Positions 60,055 through 64,000 of a stretch of 64,000 nucleotides of DNA are shown piece after piece. Both the position numbers and the translations under genes were made by a program. The stretch is from Promethearchaeota archaeon (lineage in GTDB: Archaea; Asgardarchaeota; Lokiarchaeia; Sigyniarchaeales; SOKP01). The stretch covers positions 32,001 to 96,000 of the forward strand of contig JBHLNS010000002.1 of NCBI GenBank assembly GCA_048941285.1, in the 5' to 3' direction. The notes below the pieces were generated by a model. The model saw nothing but the letters and a program-made list of their open reading frames with translations. It searched no databases and had not been told where the DNA came from. Every line of letters begins with the position of its first letter. The first letter of the stretch is position 1.

Positions 60055-60771
60055 ATGAAGGAAAAAAATAGTGATAAATGTGAAATTTGTGGCAAGAACT
60101 TAATTTATGCTACTAAATTTGAAGATTATAAGGATCTAAAGTGTGAAATTTGTGGTAAAATTTTTAAATCGAATGTTTATTGTGAAATAGGTCATTATAT
60201 GTGCGATACTTGTCATTCCAAAGGTCCAATTGAAATTATTGAACAAATTTGTGCTGAAACAAGGCTTAAGGATCCATTTGAATTAGCAGATAAGATTATG
60301 AAGCATCCTAACTTTAAAATTTATGGCCCTGAACATCATGTGTTGACACCAACTGTTATTTTAACGGCACTTAGAAACAATAATATAAAAAAACCTAATG
60401 GAAATGAAATAACTTTGTTTGATATCAAAGAAGCAATACGGAGAGCCTCTAAGATCCCGGGTGGTTGGTGTGGGTATTATGGATCGTGTGGTGCGGGAAT
60501 GGGTTCTGGTATAGCAATAAGTATTTTCATGGATGCAACACCCTCAACAGATTATCCAAGAACATTAGCAAATCAAATTACGTCTAGATCATTAGAAAAA
60601 ATAGCCGATAATTTGGAGCATTGCTGTAAAAGATCTGTTAGATTATCAATTATCGAAACTTTAGAACTCTTAAAAGAGAAGTTTAATATTGATTTAGGAT
60701 ATATTAACAAAAATTGTATATTCTCAAGAGTCAACAAAAAATGTGAAAGAGAAAAGTGTCCTGTTTTTTAA
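60055..60771 (+). CDS. DUF5714-like cysteine-rich protein
   Basis: Multiple CxxC, GPEHH, PGGWCGYYGSCGA, HCCKRS, C-terminal CP. Confidence 0.75.
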   Translation: MKEKNSDKCEICGKNLIYATKFEDYKDLKCEICGKIFKSNVYCEIGHYMCDTCHSKGPIEIIEQICAETRLKDPFELADKIMKHPNFKIYGPEHHVLTPTVILTALRNNNIKKPNGNEITLFDIKEAIRRASKIPGGWCGYYGSCGAGMGSGIAISIFMDATPSTDYPRTLANQITSRSLEKIADNLEHCCKRSVRLSIIETLELLKEKFNIDLGYINKNCIFSRVNKKCEREKCPVF

Positions 60772-60779
60772 TTATAGAT

Positions 60780-61580
60780 TTAAACTTTTCTACTCTGTAT
60801 CCACCCTTCAGTGGATATTGAATTAAGCAGTTTAATATGTTTGGAATCTTTTGTATGAATTACTAAATTATTATCATCAGAATTGCCAATTATAGCTAAT
60901 AGTAGTTCTTCTCCATCTCTAGTTAAGACGTATCTATCTGCTCTTTCATAATTTCTAAGAGCTATGTTATCTAGGCTTTCAAATTCCTCGAGAAGTTCAT
61001 TATGTTCCTCAATTTCAGGACTAATTCTACAAGCAATTTTCAAAGAGACAGACGATCTTAATTCATACAAATATAATTCCTGCAAATCTTCAATAGAAGG
61101 GACAACAATTGTAACATTAGCTATAGCCTTCTCTAGAATCTCTCTCATTTTTTCGATAATGGTGGGCTTAGAAATTTGCAATTTTGTAAAATCAATAATT
61201 TTAACATCATTAGAACTAGTTTGTGCCTCTTTAAGTTTCTCATTTTCTAATTCTAAGCTCTCTATATCTTCGTCAGCTTTAGATAATTCTTCATTTAATA
61301 TTTTTATTTCTTTCTGAAGTTGATTGATAGTGGCATCTTTTTGTTTTAATATATTATGATCAACTGCTGAAGAAGTCAATTTTTTAATTTCTTCATCCTT
61401 TAGTGTTATAGTTTTTTCTAAGGTTTTGGCTCCCTTATCTTTAGTCTCTAAAGTCTTTTCAAGTATTTTGATTTGTTCGTCTTTTAATGAAAGAGAATTC
61501 TCAAGTGTCTTGATTTGTTCATCTTTTAATTTAATGAGATTATCCTTTGTCTCTAACTGCTTTTTAATTTCATAATCCAT
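60780..61580 (-). CDS. Coiled-coil repeat protein with C-terminal PLD/TrmB-C-like domain
   Basis: 14-aa repeats LKDEQIKTLE; AIANVTIVVP..RDGEELLLA. Confidence 0.6.
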   Translation of the reverse strand: MDYEIKKQLETKDNLIKLKDEQIKTLENSLSLKDEQIKILEKTLETKDKGAKTLEKTITLKDEEIKKLTSSAVDHNILKQKDATINQLQKEIKILNEELSKADEDIESLELENEKLKEAQTSSNDVKIIDFTKLQISKPTIIEKMREILEKAIANVTIVVPSIEDLQELYLYELRSSVSLKIACRISPEIEEHNELLEEFESLDNIALRNYERADRYVLTRDGEELLLAIIGNSDDNNLVIHTKDSKHIKLLNSISTEGWIQSRKV

Positions 61581-61801
61581 AATCTAACAAGATCACAATA
61601 TTTTTTATTTATATTTTTAACTATAAAGATTATAATTTTAAAATTTATTATTTCTAAATCCTTTTTATCATTTTTAACATTATATCAATCTGATTCAATT
61701 TCAGCCATCTAACAACTTTGAGTTATTATCATATACATTTTTTTAAAATTATTATTAAATTATTAGAATATCTTTTTATTTTCAGTTATACAATATTCCC
61801 T

Positions 61802-62539
61802 ATGAATGATCAAGAAAAAATACTAGAAGAATTAAAATCAGATGTGTCTGAACGAATAGAAAAAGAGCTTGAATCCTCTTCAGCAATATTAGGTATTAAT
61901 GTTGGAACACTAGAGGGTACTAAAATTGCAAGCATATTCAAAAAAGATATTAAAATGACAACGGGCGAAGTTACAGCAGCAAACAGCAGCCTAGTATTTC
62001 TTTCGTCTAAAATGTTAAAAGATTCACTAAATCAAGAAGTCTCTTATAACTTAATTTTTGGCAAGGAAAAAATAGTTTTATCAATTTTGACAGAAATTAT
62101 TACTATGATTATCTATTTAAATCGAGAAATTGCTGAACTCGAAGGTTTAGATTCTTATATAGAAAAATTACAAAAATTAAGTTTACAAATATCTGCTATA
62201 ATTGAAACCTCAGATATTCTTAAGGAGGAAATTTTTAAAGGTCTTAAGAGGGCAATCCCAAATACTTTGGTTTTAGCAATTATTACAAAAGACGGATTAC
62301 CCATTAAGGTTCAATCTACTATGCCCGAACCAATTCTTTCTGCTATGGTTGCTGCTTTATATAATTTATCCGGGGTATTATTAGAAAGTCACATGGAATA
62401 CTCGATTATCGGTGGAGAGAATGGCTCTGTAATTCTTCATGACTTAGATGAGAATAGAGTTTTAGCAATAGCAGTTCCAGAATCAGATGGAAGGAAGTTA
62501 GGAACATACATCGCAAAGATAAAGGCAATCATTCAATAA
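61802..62539 (+). CDS. Tandem roadblock/LC7 (MglB-like) domain protein
   Basis: Two repeats: VGTLEGTKIAS and AIITKDGLPI..LSAMVAAL..IGGENG; ATG at 61802 is the likely start. Confidence 0.78.
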   Translation: MNDQEKILEELKSDVSERIEKELESSSAILGINVGTLEGTKIASIFKKDIKMTTGEVTAANSSLVFLSSKMLKDSLNQEVSYNLIFGKEKIVLSILTEIITMIIYLNREIAELEGLDSYIEKLQKLSLQISAIIETSDILKEEIFKGLKRAIPNTLVLAIITKDGLPIKVQSTMPEPILSAMVAALYNLSGVLLESHMEYSIIGGENGSVILHDLDENRVLAIAVPESDGRKLGTYIAKIKAIIQ

Positions 62540-63776
62540 TTCCATTAATTTTACTTACAACATCTTTAGCACCACTATAAGATTCAGAAAAAGTTTTCCC
62601 CTCATATAAAATAGTACATAAAGGTTCACCTTTAGAAGTGTTCTTAATTGGTTCAGATTTATCATGAATGAACTTTAACATATTGATTTTTGGTATAATG
62701 TTTTTATTAATATCTTTTGGGGCAAAAAAGATTAATTTTGTTGCAAAACTTTTGGGTTTTGTGGATTTAATTAGAGTTGTAATACTTTTCCACTCTTCAG
62801 GGATGAAACTTTTAATATGTAGGTCTAAAAGATTTAAATTTAAAACTAATTCAGAGGCTCTAATTGAGCCTGGAATTCTTGGATTACATTCCATAAGATA
62901 TGGATAATGTTCTTTTAATACAAAATCAAATCCGTTAATTCCTTTTAAACCTAATTTTTTAGATAAAAATATTGATATTTCAGAGATAATTTTCATATCT
63001 TTTTTAATTAAACCCGCAGGTACAATATTGCCACAATAAACAAATTCTTTTGGAGGATAGAGGAATTTTTCACCAATAATTTGACGGTTTATAGAAATAA
63101 CTTCACACTCTTTACCATTTGAAATCACAGTACAACTTACTGGAGTCCCTGTGATATATTCTTCAATTAACCATTCTGATTGCAAAAAAGATTTCTTTTC
63201 TAAAAGCTGCGTTTGATTATTTAAATTGATTTCATCTTCAATTTTAAAAACATTCATACCCCCAGCGCTTCTCTTTTTCTTCAATATAAAAGGATATTTT
63301 AGATCACAATCATTTAAATTCAAATTTTCAAATGAATAATAAATCGGAACATTGTAGTTATTGGATTTAAGTAAATCAAAAACAAATTCAATATCTCTTG
63401 ATTTTTTTATAACCTCTAAATCGTTATTAACACTTTTCGTATTAAACTTTTGAAGATGATCTATAATAAGTGTTCTTTCTTCGTAAGCATCATCTAATCC
63501 ACTTCCTATTAATAAATACTCTACGTCTGGATGTTTCTGGAGCAATTTAAGTGCAAACTCAGCTAGATATCTACTATATCTATCTTTCAGAGAGTTATAT
63601 GTACTTTTTAATTCTTTCAGAACTATAATATAATCTTTTACAAAAGGGAAAAGATCTAAGTCTCCAAAAAAATCTACAGCATATACCTCATACCCTACTT
63701 TTTTTAGAGAATAGGCTAATGGCCGTGTATTAAATCCAACAACTAAAATTGATTTCGAATTATTAACCATTATCAA
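62529..63776 (-). CDS. ATP-grasp protein (H4MPT/methanofuran C1-pathway-associated type)
   Basis: VGFNTRPLAYS, VDFFGDLD, PFILK..SAGG, IEEYITG, GINGFDF, ECNPR. Confidence 0.82.
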   Translation of the reverse strand: MIMVNNSKSILVVGFNTRPLAYSLKKVGYEVYAVDFFGDLDLFPFVKDYIIVLKELKSTYNSLKDRYSRYLAEFALKLLQKHPDVEYLLIGSGLDDAYEERTLIIDHLQKFNTKSVNNDLEVIKKSRDIEFVFDLLKSNNYNVPIYYSFENLNLNDCDLKYPFILKKKRSAGGMNVFKIEDEINLNNQTQLLEKKSFLQSEWLIEEYITGTPVSCTVISNGKECEVISINRQIIGEKFLYPPKEFVYCGNIVPAGLIKKDMKIISEISIFLSKKLGLKGINGFDFVLKEHYPYLMECNPRIPGSIRASELVLNLNLLDLHIKSFIPEEWKSITTLIKSTKPKSFATKLIFFAPKDINKNIIPKINMLKFIHDKSEPIKNTSKGEPLCTILYEGKTFSESYSGAKDVVSKINGIIE

Positions 63777-63812
63777 AGTTAATGATATAAAAATTAATGA
63801 AATTTTGCTTCA

Positions 63813-63998
63813 TTACAGAATCTTCTTTAATTCTAATACTAAAGAGGAAGGATTGTATTTATCGAATTTATAAATGGTAGCGTTACCATATTTTTTAAAA
63901 TTCCTCTTAATTTGATCAGCAGAATAAGTATGAACTCCTAATGCGTGAGTTGCATAAGATTTTTTCGGTTCAAGTACAACTAGGTGGATATTTTGTTT
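63813..63998 (-). CDS. C-terminal end of a gene that starts beyond the window
   Basis: Open frame KQNIHLVVLEPKKSYATHALG...LELKKIL*. Confidence 0.6.
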   Translation of the reverse strand, partial: KQNIHLVVLEPKKSYATHALGVHTYSADQIKRNFKKYGNATIYKFDKYNPSSLVLELKKIL

Positions 63999-64000
63999 TG

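Noticed and set aside
61380-61560. Roughly 42-nt periodic repeats
   Set aside because: They encode the 14-aa coiled-coil repeat of the 60780-61580 protein and are not CRISPR or non-coding repeats.
453-62907. Numerous short antisense or overlapping ORFs in the track (e.g. 1748-2149, 14364-14693, 35516-35848, 50484-50918, 60964-61317)
   Set aside because: They lie opposite well-supported genes and have the S/I/F-rich composition of antisense shadows.
1-64000. tRNA/rRNA genes, CRISPR arrays, IS elements
   Set aside because: I saw no GC-rich cloverleaf or rRNA-like segments, no regularly spaced direct repeats and no transposase motifs by eye.

Overview
This is an AT-rich, gene-dense archaeal chromosome segment, most consistent with an Asgard archaeon (Lokiarchaeia-like). 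That assignment is inferred from Cdc6/Orc1, XerA, HdrA-MvhD and HdrBC alongside several eukaryotic-signature-type proteins (gelsolin domain, Rab-like and MglA-like GTPases, longin/DENN-like, tandem roadblock, scramblase/LURP). About 55 CDSs are present. I saw no tRNA, rRNA, CRISPR array or transposase. The standout observation is in purA (adenylosuccinate synthetase). It is interrupted inside the codon for its catalytic Asp (W-G-D-E-G-K-G) by a 31-nt insert at 15957-15987. The insert folds with its flanks into a bulge-helix-bulge-type motif, and the predicted endonuclease cut sites are exactly the positions that restore the reading frame and the Asp codon. This makes it a candidate tRNA-type intron in a protein-coding mRNA. 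Secondary observations: a tandem duplication that kept a 28-nt identical leader element and a YkgJ pseudogene remnant; a thioredoxin-reductase paralog with SxxW in place of CxxC; tandem vWA plus zinc-finger proteins; two small ORFs missing from the ORF track; and several operator-like palindromes. All product calls come from motif recognition by eye, not from database searches.
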